DNA of 32,000 nt from Gammaproteobacteria bacterium (GTDB taxonomy: Bacteria; Pseudomonadota; Gammaproteobacteria; JBIOEC01). Positions 1 to 9,274 of this stretch are shown piece by piece. How positions within the stretch are numbered: position 1 is the first letter of the stretch; the number at the start of each line of letters is the position of its first letter. Under the pieces are notes generated by a model that saw nothing but the letters and a program-made list of their open reading frames with translations, was not told where the DNA came from and searched no databases. Made by a program: the position numbers and the translations under genes. The stretch is taken from the NCBI GenBank assembly GCA_965279305.1, contig OZ257143.1, positions 390,001 to 422,000 of the forward strand, in the 5' to 3' direction.

Positions 1-211
1 CCCATAAGCCTACGCCTAATTCCATTTGCTCAATCATAGCGGTTTGGGCGGCTAATTGAAGAATGCGCTGCAGTTGCTGTGCTTCTTGTGTCACTACGCG
101 ACCACTTCGAGTAGTGCTCACGGTTAGTGTTGTCATCATGGCGATTAAGCCGATAATAAATACGACAACGAGTAACTCTATTAAAGTGAAGCCGTTATTA
201 GTTCTTAACAT
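1..211 (-). CDS. gspH: Type II secretion minor pseudopilin, GspH-like (5' part only; gene runs off the left edge)
   Basis: Not in the ORF track. My reverse-strand translation from the ATG at 211..209 gives MLRTNNGFTLIELLVVVFIIGLIAMMTTLTVSTTRSGR... This is a short leader, the G/FTLIELLVV prepilin-peptidase N-methylation motif and a hydrophobic helix. It lies directly downstream of gspG in a C-D-E-F-G ordered operon, where H is expected. Confidence 0.6.
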   Translation of the reverse strand, partial: MLRTNNGFTLIELLVVVFIIGLIAMMTTLTVSTTRSGRVVTQEAQQLQRILQLAAQTAMIEQMELGVGLW

Positions 212-223
212 TTTATTTTTATA

Positions 224-271
224 ACCCCTCACCCGCTGCTACGCAGCGACCTCTCCCACAAGGGGAGAGGT
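224..271. repeat. GC-rich double-hairpin intergenic element (REP-like) between gspG and gspH
   Basis: cccctcaccc is followed by hairpin cgctgc-tac-gcagcg (234..248). A second hairpin follows: acctctccc-acaag-gggagaggt (249..271, 9-bp stem). It is much more GC-rich than its surroundings. No U-run follows on the transcribed (minus) strand. Confidence 0.45.
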
Positions 272-279
272 GAAAAAAC

Positions 280-720
280 TTATTCCCAGTTACCAATATT
301 TCCTTCACCTTCACGGCCTTCAGCACCTAATGAATACACATCAATTAATCCATGTGTACCCGGATTACGATATTCATAAGCACGACCCCAAGGATCTTGA
401 GGAAGAGAGCGTAAATAACCTTCAGGATTCCAATGACGAGGAATAGGCTCAGTGATAGGCTTTTGAGTTAATGCCGCTAAACCTTGCTCTTGTGCAGGAT
501 AAAATCCGTTGTCTAAACGATATAAATCTAACGCTTGAACAATAGTCGACACATCTTGTTTCGCTCTTACCATACGCGCTTCATCAGGGCGGCTAATAAT
601 AGAAGGCACCACCACCATCGCTAAAATACCAATAATGACCACCACCACCATGATTTCTATTAAGGTAAATCCGGTCATTTGTGCTAAACGTTTACGTTTT
701 TCAGCATAATTAAATGTCAT
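280..720 (-). CDS. gspG: Type II secretion major pseudopilin GspG
   Basis: Contains the ...AQMTG/FTLIEIMVVVVIIGILA prepilin motif. Also has GspG-typical DxxRLDNGxYP and PxDPWGxxYxY segments (LYRLDNGFYP, QDPWGRAYEYRNPG). Confidence 0.93.
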   Translation of the reverse strand: MTFNYAEKRKRLAQMTGFTLIEIMVVVVIIGILAMVVVPSIISRPDEARMVRAKQDVSTIVQALDLYRLDNGFYPAQEQGLAALTQKPITEPIPRHWNPEGYLRSLPQDPWGRAYEYRNPGTHGLIDVYSLGAEGREGEGNIGNWE

Positions 721-738
721 AATATTTTCCTTTTTTAT

Positions 739-1959
739 TTAAATACCCACACCTTGCGTTAACGAGAAAATAGGCATCAGTACTGCTAATACAATTAACA
801 ATACCACTCCGCCCATCACTAAAATAATAATTGGTTCTAATAAGCTTAAAACACTTCCAATTAACGTGTCTACTTCTTTATCCTGAATACTCGCCGCTCT
901 TTCTAACATGGAAGACAATTGTCCGCTGGCTTCACCGTTAGCGATTAAATGTATCATCATCGGCGAAAAATAATGCGTATCTTGTAAGGAGCGAGAAATA
1001 TTCGCGCCTTCTCTTACACGTGCCGTAGCTACTAATACAGCTTCGCGCATAGGCATATTAGTAATCACTTCTGCACCGGTGCGCATAGCTTCTATTACAG
1101 GCACACCTGACGCCGTTAAAATGCTAAAAGTATGTGCAAATCGCGCCGTATTTAATGTGCGCATCACTTTTCCGATCAGCGGAATAGTGAGTTTAAATGC
1201 GTCTGCTTTTTTTCGTACATCCGGATTTTGCACCATTCGGCGCCACACTATATACGCCACTGCTAATAATAGTAGCACATACAAACCATACGTTTGTAAT
1301 ACACTGCTAATAGCAATTAACCCTAATGTTAAACCAGGTAATTCTTGTCCAGTATCAGCAAATACCGAAACAATATTCGGCACAATATACATCATTAAGG
1401 CTAATACAATTAAAGCAGATACTACTAACATTAAAATAGGATACACCGACGCTTGTTGTATTTTTTGTCGAATAGATTGTTGTTCTTCGGTATATTCAGC
1501 CAGTCTTTCTAATACAGCACCTAATTTACCGGATTCTTCGCCGGCTTTTACCGTTGCTCTATATAATTCTGGAAATATGTGTGGAAAATCGCCTAAGCCT
1601 GATGCCAGCGAAAAACCTTCCATTACTTTTGATCGCACCGCAATTAAAATACTTTTAATGCGTGCTTGTTCTGTTTGTTCAGCTACGCCTTTTAATGCTT
1701 CTTCTACGGGTAAACCTGCACTTAATAAAGTGGATAATTGGCGCGTTAATAAGGCTAAATCCGCTACTTTTAAGCCACGTTTAAATCCCCACTGACGAGA
1801 CGTTTCACGACGTTGTTGATCAGCCACACCTTTGACAGTGAGTGGAACTAAATTACGTTCGCGTAATTGCTGACGCACTTGGCGTTCAGTATCAGCTTGC
1901 AATACGCCTTTTTGCTCACGGCCTTGCGCATCCAACGCTGTATATTCAAATGCCGCCAT
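739..1959 (-). CDS. gspF: Type II secretion inner-membrane platform protein GspF
   Basis: 406 aa with a duplicated GspF/PilC-type cytoplasmic domain and three TM segments. N-terminus MAAFEYTALDAQGREQKGVLQADTERQVRQQLRERNLVPL is typical of GspF. It sits between gspE and gspG. Confidence 0.93.
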   Translation of the reverse strand: MAAFEYTALDAQGREQKGVLQADTERQVRQQLRERNLVPLTVKGVADQQRRETSRQWGFKRGLKVADLALLTRQLSTLLSAGLPVEEALKGVAEQTEQARIKSILIAVRSKVMEGFSLASGLGDFPHIFPELYRATVKAGEESGKLGAVLERLAEYTEEQQSIRQKIQQASVYPILMLVVSALIVLALMMYIVPNIVSVFADTGQELPGLTLGLIAISSVLQTYGLYVLLLLAVAYIVWRRMVQNPDVRKKADAFKLTIPLIGKVMRTLNTARFAHTFSILTASGVPVIEAMRTGAEVITNMPMREAVLVATARVREGANISRSLQDTHYFSPMMIHLIANGEASGQLSSMLERAASIQDKEVDTLIGSVLSLLEPIIILVMGGVVLLIVLAVLMPIFSLTQGVGI

Positions 1960-1973
1960 TCCTTATTCCTTCT

Positions 1974-3437
1974 TTAGGTCTCCGTCGTCACTCGCATCAC
2001 TTCTTCAATCGTCGTATCGCCTTCCAATATGCGGCGCACACCATCATCTCTAATGCTTTTCCACTTACTATGCGCCATGGCTTCCATATCTAATTCACCG
2101 GCACCATCATTAATCATTTTGCGCAAATCATCATCGACCGGAACCACTTCATAAATACCGGTTCTTCCGTAATAACCCGAACCATTACATTCAGGACATC
2201 CTACAGGGCGGCCAATCATAGGAGGATGCGCGGGATCTTTTCCTAAAAAAGCACATTCCGCTTCAGTAGCAGGGCTTTCTGTTTTACATTTTTTGCATAA
2301 TACACGCACTAATCGTTGTGCAATTAAACCCACTAAACTTGAAGATAATAAAAAAGACTCTACGCCCATATCACGTAAACGTGTAACAGCACCAATAGCG
2401 GTATTTGTATGCAAAGTAGATAATACTAAATGACCGGTTAAACTCGCTTGCACGGCAATTTCAGCAGTTTCTAAATCTCGTATTTCACCTATCATCACCA
2501 CATCGGGATCTTGTCGTAAAATAGCGCGTAATCCTTTTGCAAACGTCAGTTCAATTTTAGAATTAACTTGGGTTTGTCCAATGCCAGGAATATCATACTC
2601 AATCGGATCTTCAATGGTTAAAATATTACGAGTGGTTTGATTTAAACGCGTGAGCGATGCATATAAAGTAGTTGATTTACCAGCACCGGTAGGACCTGTC
2701 ACTAAAATAATTCCGTGTGGACGTGACAGCAACGATTCCATAATAGTTAAACCTTCAGCCGACATGCCCAATTGTTTTAAATCTAAACGTCCCGCTTGTT
2801 TATCAAGTAAACGTAATACCACGCGTTCACCATGATTAGAAGGCATGGTAGATACACGAACGTCAATGGCACGTCCACCAATACGTAACCCGATACGACC
2901 ATCTTGAGGTAAACGTTTTTCAGAAATATCAAGTTTCGCCATTACTTTAATACGTGAAATAATTAAAGGCGCCAGTGCGCGTGGGGGTTTTAAAACCACA
3001 CTTAATACACCATCTCTACGGAAACGAACTAGCAGTTCATTCTCATAACTTTCTATATGAATATCTGAGGCATTTTCTTTGATAGCCTGGCTAAGCAAAG
3101 CATTAATCAAGCGAATAATAGGCGCATCATCTGCACTTTCCAACAAATCTTCAGGATGCTGTAGTTCTTGCGCCATGCTTTGTAAATCTAATTCATCACC
3201 AATATCCGCGGCCATTTGCTCAGTTTGCATAGCATTAGTTTCATACACGGCTACTAATAAATTATTAAATTCATCACCACTCACTAAACGCAATTGAATA
3301 GGCTGCCGAATACTACGACGTACTTCCATTAAAATCATGGGATCCGTTTTTGAGGTGTATAGCAATTCAGGTGGCGTAGTAGGGTTTATAATGACATGGT
3401 GGCGTTTGGCATAACCAAATAAAAGTGGTTTTATCAT
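1974..3437 (-). CDS. gspE: Type II secretion ATPase GspE
   Basis: Walker [10 protein letters not shown], Asp and His boxes, Walker [18 protein letters not shown]-terminal tetracysteine motif CKKC...[17 protein letters not shown]. Confidence 0.95.
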   Translation of the reverse strand: MIKPLLFGYAKRHHVIINPTTPPELLYTSKTDPMILMEVRRSIRQPIQLRLVSGDEFNNLLVAVYETNAMQTEQMAADIGDELDLQSMAQELQHPEDLLESADDAPIIRLINALLSQAIKENASDIHIESYENELLVRFRRDGVLSVVLKPPRALAPLIISRIKVMAKLDISEKRLPQDGRIGLRIGGRAIDVRVSTMPSNHGERVVLRLLDKQAGRLDLKQLGMSAEGLTIMESLLSRPHGIILVTGPTGAGKSTTLYASLTRLNQTTRNILTIEDPIEYDIPGIGQTQVNSKIELTFAKGLRAILRQDPDVVMIGEIRDLETAEIAVQASLTGHLVLSTLHTNTAIGAVTRLRDMGVESFLLSSSLVGLIAQRLVRVLCKKCKTESPATEAECAFLGKDPAHPPMIGRPVGCPECNGSGYYGRTGIYEVVPVDDDLRKMINDGAGELDMEAMAHSKWKSIRDDGVRRILEGDTTIEEVMRVTTET

Positions 3438-3442
3438 AATAA

Positions 3443-5560
3443 TTAATTAAATGGTTGTGGCAATGGTAATCCTTCAGGCTTATCTTGCTCCCATGGCATA
3501 AAGCGGGATTCCGCTAAATTAGGATTACCTTCCAAGCTTGATAAAATTTGTTCATCGCGAATAAAGTTATATTTATTTTTCGTGATCTGATTAGCTTCTA
3601 ACATATCACGCATGATAGAAGGACGAATAAATATCATTAAATTCGTTTTTCTGGTTTCTTTAGTGGTATTTCGGAATGCCTGGCCAATAATAGGAATATC
3701 GCCTAATACAGGCACTTTTTGTATCACTTCGGTTTCAGTAGATTGAATTAAACCACCTAATACTAAAATATCATTATTGTTTACCATCACTCGTGTGCTA
3801 ATCATACGGTTACTGGTAGTAGGCTGATCGTTCGTATCGGTTAATATATTATCTACGCGTTGCATAATATCTAATTGTATTAGATCGCCTTGAGAAAGCT
3901 GAGGTTTAATAATTAATTCTAAACCTACTTCACGATATTCAATAGTATTAAACGGCGTTACCGTTGCAGTGGTATCGGTGGTTGCATAAGAACCCGTTTC
4001 AAACGCAACTGCGTCACCCACACTAATACGCGCTTCTGCATTATCCATAGCCACAATACTAGGCGTTGCTAATACGTTACTGCTGCTATCAGAGCTCAAT
4101 GCATGTAATAAAAACCGTAATGATCCATTATGAATAATACCTACGGTTAAACCCGATCCAGGTAAGTCGCCTTGCGCTAAACTATCGTTATTTCCATTCA
4201 AACTATTTTGGTATTGATTTAATAGACCATTTCCATTATCCCAGCCCACACCACCGGCTAATGCACCGCCGCCTCTCCACTCAATACCAAATTCATTATT
4301 ACGATCAGCGGACACTTCGGCAACTACAGCTTCAATCATGACTTGTGCGCGGCGAACATCTAATTGTGAGATAACAGCACGTAAATTACGCATTAAAGAA
4401 GGTGGCGCAGTAATAATTAAAGCGTTCATATTAGGCTCTGCTTGCACGCCATAAGATCCGATTACTGTTCCAGTTGCTTGGCGCTCAGGCGTTTGGAAAC
4501 CGGTAAACGTAGAAGCACCGCCGGTTGAAGAAGTAGAAGTGGTGCTAGCGGCTAATGAACGATTAGGTGTTGCGCGTGACACAGAAGCGGTAGTGCTATT
4601 AGCAGTAGCACCACCTGAAGTACTAAAATAACTGCTGAGAATATTGCTCAATACAGGCACTAATTCTTCTGCACGCTGATATTGCAAATAAACTACTTCG
4701 GTATTGCCTAACTCATCTCGCGGCACATCTAATTGCGCGATAAGAGAACGCACTTTTAAACGTTGTGATTTATCTCCGCTAATAATAACTACATTACTTC
4801 TGTCATCAGCGGCTAATGCAACAGGACCTGCAGCATTTCCTCGATTAGACGCAATAACCGTATTCAAAGATTCTACTACTTCACTTGCAGTAGCATGCTC
4901 AAGTACAACCACTTCTGCACCATCAAATTCTTCGCGATCAATACGCTCAATGACTTCGGTTAATCGCGCCACATTACTTTCTCTATCAGCAACAATAATT
5001 ACGTTTGATGGTGCATATGCAGCCAAATGGCCTTGTTGTGACACTAAGTTACGTAATACAGGCACCAATGCAGCAACGCCTACATGACCTACAGGAATTA
5101 CGCTAACCACTAAACTGTCACCCGGTTGATCGGTACCTGCAAAAGGTAACGCTAAATATTTGGCATTGGCATCGGGAACAATTTTAATAATATCGCCAGC
5201 AGGAACTGCTGAAAAACCTAATACTTGTAAAACAGAAAGATATACTTGATACAATTCGTCAGGGCTCAACTGTTTATTGGAAACGATGGTAGCTTTACCG
5301 TTAACAGCAGGATCGATAATAAAACTTTTTCCGGTTTCTCTCGCAACTTGTTCAGTGACCGTGCGAATATCTACATCACGTAAATTCCACATGCGGCGAT
5401 TAGGTTCTTGAGTGGGTTGTGTACCGGTAGTGTTGATCACACCGATTTGTTGATCAGCAGGTAAGCTTGACGTTGAATTATTTTCAGGTGTAGATGCAGC
5501 CCACACTACTGCTGCAGCGGGCCATAAGGTACACCAGATTATCATGAGTAAACGTCGCAT
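3443..5560 (-). CDS. gspD: Type II secretion outer-membrane secretin GspD
   Basis: Signal peptide, N0-N3 type repeats, and a C-terminal secretin core ([20 protein letters not shown]..., [34 protein letters not shown]). Carries an S/T-rich low-complexity linker. Confidence 0.93.
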   Translation of the reverse strand: MRRLLMIIWCTLWPAAAVVWAASTPENNSTSSLPADQQIGVINTTGTQPTQEPNRRMWNLRDVDIRTVTEQVARETGKSFIIDPAVNGKATIVSNKQLSPDELYQVYLSVLQVLGFSAVPAGDIIKIVPDANAKYLALPFAGTDQPGDSLVVSVIPVGHVGVAALVPVLRNLVSQQGHLAAYAPSNVIIVADRESNVARLTEVIERIDREEFDGAEVVVLEHATASEVVESLNTVIASNRGNAAGPVALAADDRSNVVIISGDKSQRLKVRSLIAQLDVPRDELGNTEVVYLQYQRAEELVPVLSNILSSYFSTSGGATANSTTASVSRATPNRSLAASTTSTSSTGGASTFTGFQTPERQATGTVIGSYGVQAEPNMNALIITAPPSLMRNLRAVISQLDVRRAQVMIEAVVAEVSADRNNEFGIEWRGGGALAGGVGWDNGNGLLNQYQNSLNGNNDSLAQGDLPGSGLTVGIIHNGSLRFLLHALSSDSSSNVLATPSIVAMDNAEARISVGDAVAFETGSYATTDTTATVTPFNTIEYREVGLELIIKPQLSQGDLIQLDIMQRVDNILTDTNDQPTTSNRMISTRVMVNNNDILVLGGLIQSTETEVIQKVPVLGDIPIIGQAFRNTTKETRKTNLMIFIRPSIMRDMLEANQITKNKYNFIRDEQILSSLEGNPNLAESRFMPWEQDKPEGLPLPQPFN

Positions 5561-5624
5561 GACTTCCCTTTAGGACGGTTGCAAAACGCGCGCTTTGCTG
5601 TGTCCTTGTCCTGGTTATAAGTTT

Positions 5625-6131
5625 TTAATGCTTACCCTCTTCTAACTTCTTTTGAGGAAGCATTAACGCTTCGAGTTGACCGGCTCGACGTAAAATAACC
5701 CGGTCTTCATAAATATCTAATAATACCGCCCCGCCTGGCACAGTATCACCGATTAAGTATACGTGATCTTGTTTGCCAGGAACAGCAATAATTGCAGATC
5801 CCATCTCTTCATTTGGATCACTGTAAATGCCTTTTAAATCTAACTGCAAAGTAGTTTGAGGTAAGTCGCTCAAATTTTGTTCGAGGTTTTGTCCAAACAA
5901 ATGTAATTCGGTTAATTTATTTAACGGTAGTGCTTCTGATGGTGCTTCAACAGGTTGAGAAGGCACTAAATCGGCTGGCATAGGTGGTATTTGAAAACGC
6001 CACCACCACTGAATCACAGCAGCACCTAAAACAATGCACAAAAAAAGAACTAACCAAGCCACTGGCGGCTGATTTTGCCACTCATCGAACTCTTTAAAAA
6101 ATGAATCGTTCCATTTTTTCCAAAAGATCAT
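5625..6131 (-). CDS. gspC: GspC-like T2SS inner-membrane component (short form: TM + HR domain, no PDZ)
   Basis: First gene of the gsp string, with an aagga RBS before the ATG. One N-terminal TM (VAWLVLFLCIVLGAAVIQWWW). C-terminal segment VYLIGDTVPGGAVLLDIYEDRVILRRAGQLEAL resembles the GspC homology region that contacts secretin N0. The assignment rests on position plus this motif. Confidence 0.55.
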   Translation of the reverse strand: MIFWKKWNDSFFKEFDEWQNQPPVAWLVLFLCIVLGAAVIQWWWRFQIPPMPADLVPSQPVEAPSEALPLNKLTELHLFGQNLEQNLSDLPQTTLQLDLKGIYSDPNEEMGSAIIAVPGKQDHVYLIGDTVPGGAVLLDIYEDRVILRRAGQLEALMLPQKKLEEGKH

Positions 6132-6214
6132 GAGAATTTTCCTTGTTTTGCTTCTCTGGCACCACTAGAATAAAAAACATAATATCAATAAAACACTAAC
6201 ATAGGTACTCTTTT

Positions 6215-6700
6215 ATGCATTCTTTTTTAACATCAAAACGCTTATTTATTATTTGTTTACTTATCTGCATTACTTCTCTTGCCACTGCAGCTTATCTTCA
6301 ATATGTTGCAGGATTAGAACCGTGTCCTTTGTGTTTATTACAGCGCTGGATGTTAATTATTATTACGCTGTGGTTATCCGTTGCTTTAATACATGGCACA
6401 TCTAAAGCTATTTATCCTATCGGTTTGCTCGTTTTTTCAGCACTAGGCGCCATTATTGCGGCTCGACAAGTGTGGTTGCAACATTTACCCACTGCTGATC
6501 AACCTGCATGCGGTCCTAGTTTAGATTTTTTATTAGAAAATTTTCCTGTCACTGAAGCACTCAGTTATGTATTCACGGGAAGCGGTGAATGCGCTATTGT
6601 CGATTGGACATTCCTAGGCCAATCGATTGCCATGTGGTCTTTATTGCTATTTTTAGGCTTGTTCGTAGCAGGTGGGCTTGCATTAAATAAAGGGCGATAA
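6215..6700 (+). CDS. dsbB: Disulfide bond formation protein B (DsbB)
   Basis: Four-TM protein of 161 aa. Has the CPLC pair after TM1 (EPCPLCLLQRW) and a second periplasmic Cys pair region (QPACGPSLDF...SGECA). Confidence 0.85.
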   Translation: MHSFLTSKRLFIICLLICITSLATAAYLQYVAGLEPCPLCLLQRWMLIIITLWLSVALIHGTSKAIYPIGLLVFSALGAIIAARQVWLQHLPTADQPACGPSLDFLLENFPVTEALSYVFTGSGECAIVDWTFLGQSIAMWSLLLFLGLFVAGGLALNKGR

Positions 6701-7034
6701 ATAAATACCACCCTTTTAACACAATAGTGTTGATCTCCGTATCAGAGCTTGGTAGTTCCTTCTTATTTCCTGCCCTGGAATAGACCCATTCCTTGTTCGC
6801 TAGAGGCCAATGATACGTGATACCAATGTGAAAACAAGTGGGAAAAACACAATATGTTGCGGTTGTTAAACTAAGACAGCACTAAGTTACTGGCATCAAC
6901 GATAATAATTTCATTGAGTTAAATATGTTATCCACAGATTTTTCACTGCCGCGAAATATTTTATTTTCCGAGAATAACCTACTGATGGCATGGCTAAAAT
7001 CTTACATTTTAAGTCGCCACTCTCTTAAAAAAAA

Positions 7035-7358
7035 CTATTCTTCAATCAAATGACGTTTCTCTTTTACGTCTTTCCACTCATCTGCATCGGCGGGGGCATC
7101 TTTTTTTGTGCTGATCTCTTGCCATTGCAAACTTAAACGCGCATTGATCTCAATAAAGTCTTGTTGATCCGAAGGAACATCATCATCGGCATAGATAGCA
7201 TTGACCGGGCACTCAGGCACACATAGCGCACAGTCAATGCATTCTTCCGGATCAATCACCAACATATTGGGACCTTCACGGAAACAGTCTACAGGGCAGA
7301 CCTCTACGCAATCGGTATACTTACACTTGATACAGCTTTCCGTGACTACGAATGTCAT
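7035..7358 (-). CDS. fdxA: 7Fe (3Fe-4S/4Fe-4S) ferredoxin, Azotobacter FdxA type
   Basis: [26 protein letters not shown]...[16 protein letters not shown]. The cysteine spacing and the 107-aa length are classic for FdxA. Confidence 0.92.
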   Translation of the reverse strand: MTFVVTESCIKCKYTDCVEVCPVDCFREGPNMLVIDPEECIDCALCVPECPVNAIYADDDVPSDQQDFIEINARLSLQWQEISTKKDAPADADEWKDVKEKRHLIEE

Positions 7359-7511
7359 AATATTCCTCGCAAAAAATTAAGGACTAGAATGCAGATTTTA
7401 GTTGATTTAACTATTTTTTTCTATAATATGTAATTGGCAGTAAAAAATTTTTGTTCTATACTCCACCTAAGGCGATAACATTCATCCACGAAACTCAACA
7501 GGAGTGATACC

Positions 7512-8357
7512 ATGGCAAAAGCGACCAAAAAGAAGCACGCCGCTAAAAAAAGAAGTGGCAGTAAAGCAAAAAAAGGTAATTTAGTTTCCATTAAAGCATC
7601 TATTGGCAAAGTAGAAAAATCGTATGCAGAAGCTTTTGCCACCGCTAAAAAACAAGTAAAAAAACAAGCTGACCAAACCATGAAATTGGTTACTGCATAT
7701 AACAAAGAATTAATCAAACTGGCTACCCAAGACAGAACATTACAACAAAAATTATTAAAAGCTGAAGCTCAGTTAAAAACCAAAGCCACTGCCGCTAATA
7801 AAGCCGCTGTAAAAAATGCTAAAAAACTCTGTGAAAATTTCAAAAAACAACAAAAACATGCATTAAACCAGTTTAAACAAACTGAAGCTATGCACTATAT
7901 GGTAAAAAGCGCTGAATCTAAGCTTAATTTCCTTGCTGAAAGAATGGGCAAATTAGTGAAAGAATGGAAGCCTCCAATGCACAAACCTTTAACATTGCCT
8001 AAAGCAAAAGCGGTAGTGAAGAAAAAAGTGAAAGCCGTGGCTAAGAAAGTAGCGAAAAAAGTGGCTAAAAAAGTAAAAGCGGTGTCAGCATCAGCAGATT
8101 CTGTTGCACGCTCACCTATGCTAAACAAGCCCATGATTAATAAACCACTAACCAGCTCTATCCCTAAAGCATCTCCTATGATGCCGCCTCGCGCGCCTTT
8201 AGGACTTTCTGGTTTATCCGGTCAAGGTCCAGCGCCTATCAGACCTCCTTTTACCTCCATCACTCCTCAAACGATTGCTCGTCAACCGTTAACCGGTGGT
8301 GTGCGTCCTGGTCATGATATGGGTAATAAATCATTTAGCTTTAAAGATGATTTCTAA
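7512..8357 (+). CDS. Lys/Ala-rich basic protein with histone-H1/AlgP-like repeats, central coiled coil and Pro-rich tail
   Basis: aggag RBS lies 7 nt before the ATG. N-terminus MAKATKKKHAAKKRSGSKAKK. Repeat block KAKAVVKKKVKAVAKKVAKKVAKKVKAV lies at about 8000-8085. A strong bidirectional terminator follows. The function is inferred from composition only. Confidence 0.6.
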   Translation: MAKATKKKHAAKKRSGSKAKKGNLVSIKASIGKVEKSYAEAFATAKKQVKKQADQTMKLVTAYNKELIKLATQDRTLQQKLLKAEAQLKTKATAANKAAVKNAKKLCENFKKQQKHALNQFKQTEAMHYMVKSAESKLNFLAERMGKLVKEWKPPMHKPLTLPKAKAVVKKKVKAVAKKVAKKVAKKVKAVSASADSVARSPMLNKPMINKPLTSSIPKASPMMPPRAPLGLSGLSGQGPAPIRPPFTSITPQTIARQPLTGGVRPGHDMGNKSFSFKDDF

Positions 8358-8371
8358 GCAATAAGCCTTAT

Positions 8372-8401
8372 AAAAAAGGGACAGCAATGTCCCTTTTTTT
8401 T
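8372..8401. terminator. Bidirectional rho-independent terminator between the convergent histone-like gene and xthA
   Basis: aaaaaa-gggaca-gcaa-tgtccc-tttttttt. The perfect 6-bp GC-rich stem is flanked by an A-run and a T-run. Confidence 0.8.
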
Positions 8402-8415
8402 GCCCTTGAAAAAAC

Positions 8416-9183
8416 CTAGCGAAATTCAGCTACCACAGGCGCATGATCAGAAGGACGCTCATGTCCACGCACTTCTTTTACCATCCAACAACCCGAGCAG
8501 CGAGGCGCCAATTCTTTGCTGGCCAATATATGATCAATACGCAAGCCTTGGTTACGGCGAAAAGCAGCGGCGCGATAATCCCACCAACTAAACTCTACTG
8601 CATCAGCGCTGCAATGACGAAATAGATCCACCAACCCTACATTCAGAAATTCACGAAACGCTGCGCGTTCAGGCTCACTGACCAACACACAGTCCTTCCA
8701 GATCTTGGGATCCCACACATCTTGATCGGTAGGGGCAATATTAAAGTCGCCTAATACAATCATTTGTGGATGAACAGCCAATTCTTGTTTTAAAAAAGCC
8801 TTGCAGGCCTCTAACCAATTTAATTTGTACTGATATTTTTCAGAGGTCAGTTCAGAGCCATTGGGGATATACAAATTCACAATACGATATCCTTCCCAGG
8901 TAGCGGCTAGGACACGACGTTGCTCATCTTGAAAATTTGGCAAGTCTTTAACAATATTGGTACAAGGTACCGCGCGAGACAATATAGCCACACCATTGTA
9001 GGTTTTCTGCCCTGAAAAACAGGCGTAATAACCCAATTCTTCAAACACTGCGCTAGGAAAATCTTGATCTACCACTTTAATTTCTTGCAAGGCAATAATA
9101 TCCGGCTGCTCGGATTGTATTAAGCCCAGCAAAGAGTCTAATCGCACACGTAAGGAGTTCACATTCCACGAAATAATTTTCAT
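8416..9183 (-). CDS. xthA: Exodeoxyribonuclease III (AP endonuclease)
   Basis: MKIISWNVNSLRVRL...IIALQEIK...GDFNIAP...SDHAPVVAEF. These are the EEP-family catalytic motifs. 255 aa. Confidence 0.92.
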   Translation of the reverse strand: MKIISWNVNSLRVRLDSLLGLIQSEQPDIIALQEIKVVDQDFPSAVFEELGYYACFSGQKTYNGVAILSRAVPCTNIVKDLPNFQDEQRRVLAATWEGYRIVNLYIPNGSELTSEKYQYKLNWLEACKAFLKQELAVHPQMIVLGDFNIAPTDQDVWDPKIWKDCVLVSEPERAAFREFLNVGLVDLFRHCSADAVEFSWWDYRAAAFRRNQGLRIDHILASKELAPRCSGCWMVKEVRGHERPSDHAPVVAEFR

Positions 9184-9274
9184 AAATTTTGTATTCTGAC
9201 TTAAAGCATTAAGAGTGATCGTTGAAATTAAATTTATGGTACTATGGTTACTTAACTTTTTAAACCTATTTTAA

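Noticed and set aside
1079-1795. 238-aa plus-strand ORF, plus similar antisense ORFs at 1842-2093, 2650-2835, 3079-3297 and 4704-5087
   Set aside because: All lie entirely antisense to well-supported gspF/gspE/gspD genes. Their composition is Cys/Ser/Thr/Asn-rich and of low information, with no RBS context. They are typical shadow ORFs.
6928-6936. Perfect DnaA box TTATCCACA as evidence for oriC
   Set aside because: It is a single box. I could not verify an adjacent AT-rich 13-mer cluster or box cluster. None of the usual origin-flanking genes (dnaA, dnaN, gidA, mioC) is nearby.
7421-7717. 98-aa minus-strand ORF overlapping the start of the histone-like gene
   Set aside because: The plus-strand gene has a canonical aggag RBS, a strong terminator and a coherent biased composition. 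The minus-strand ORF is a Phe/Leu-rich antisense reading of a Lys-rich (AAA/AAG) gene.
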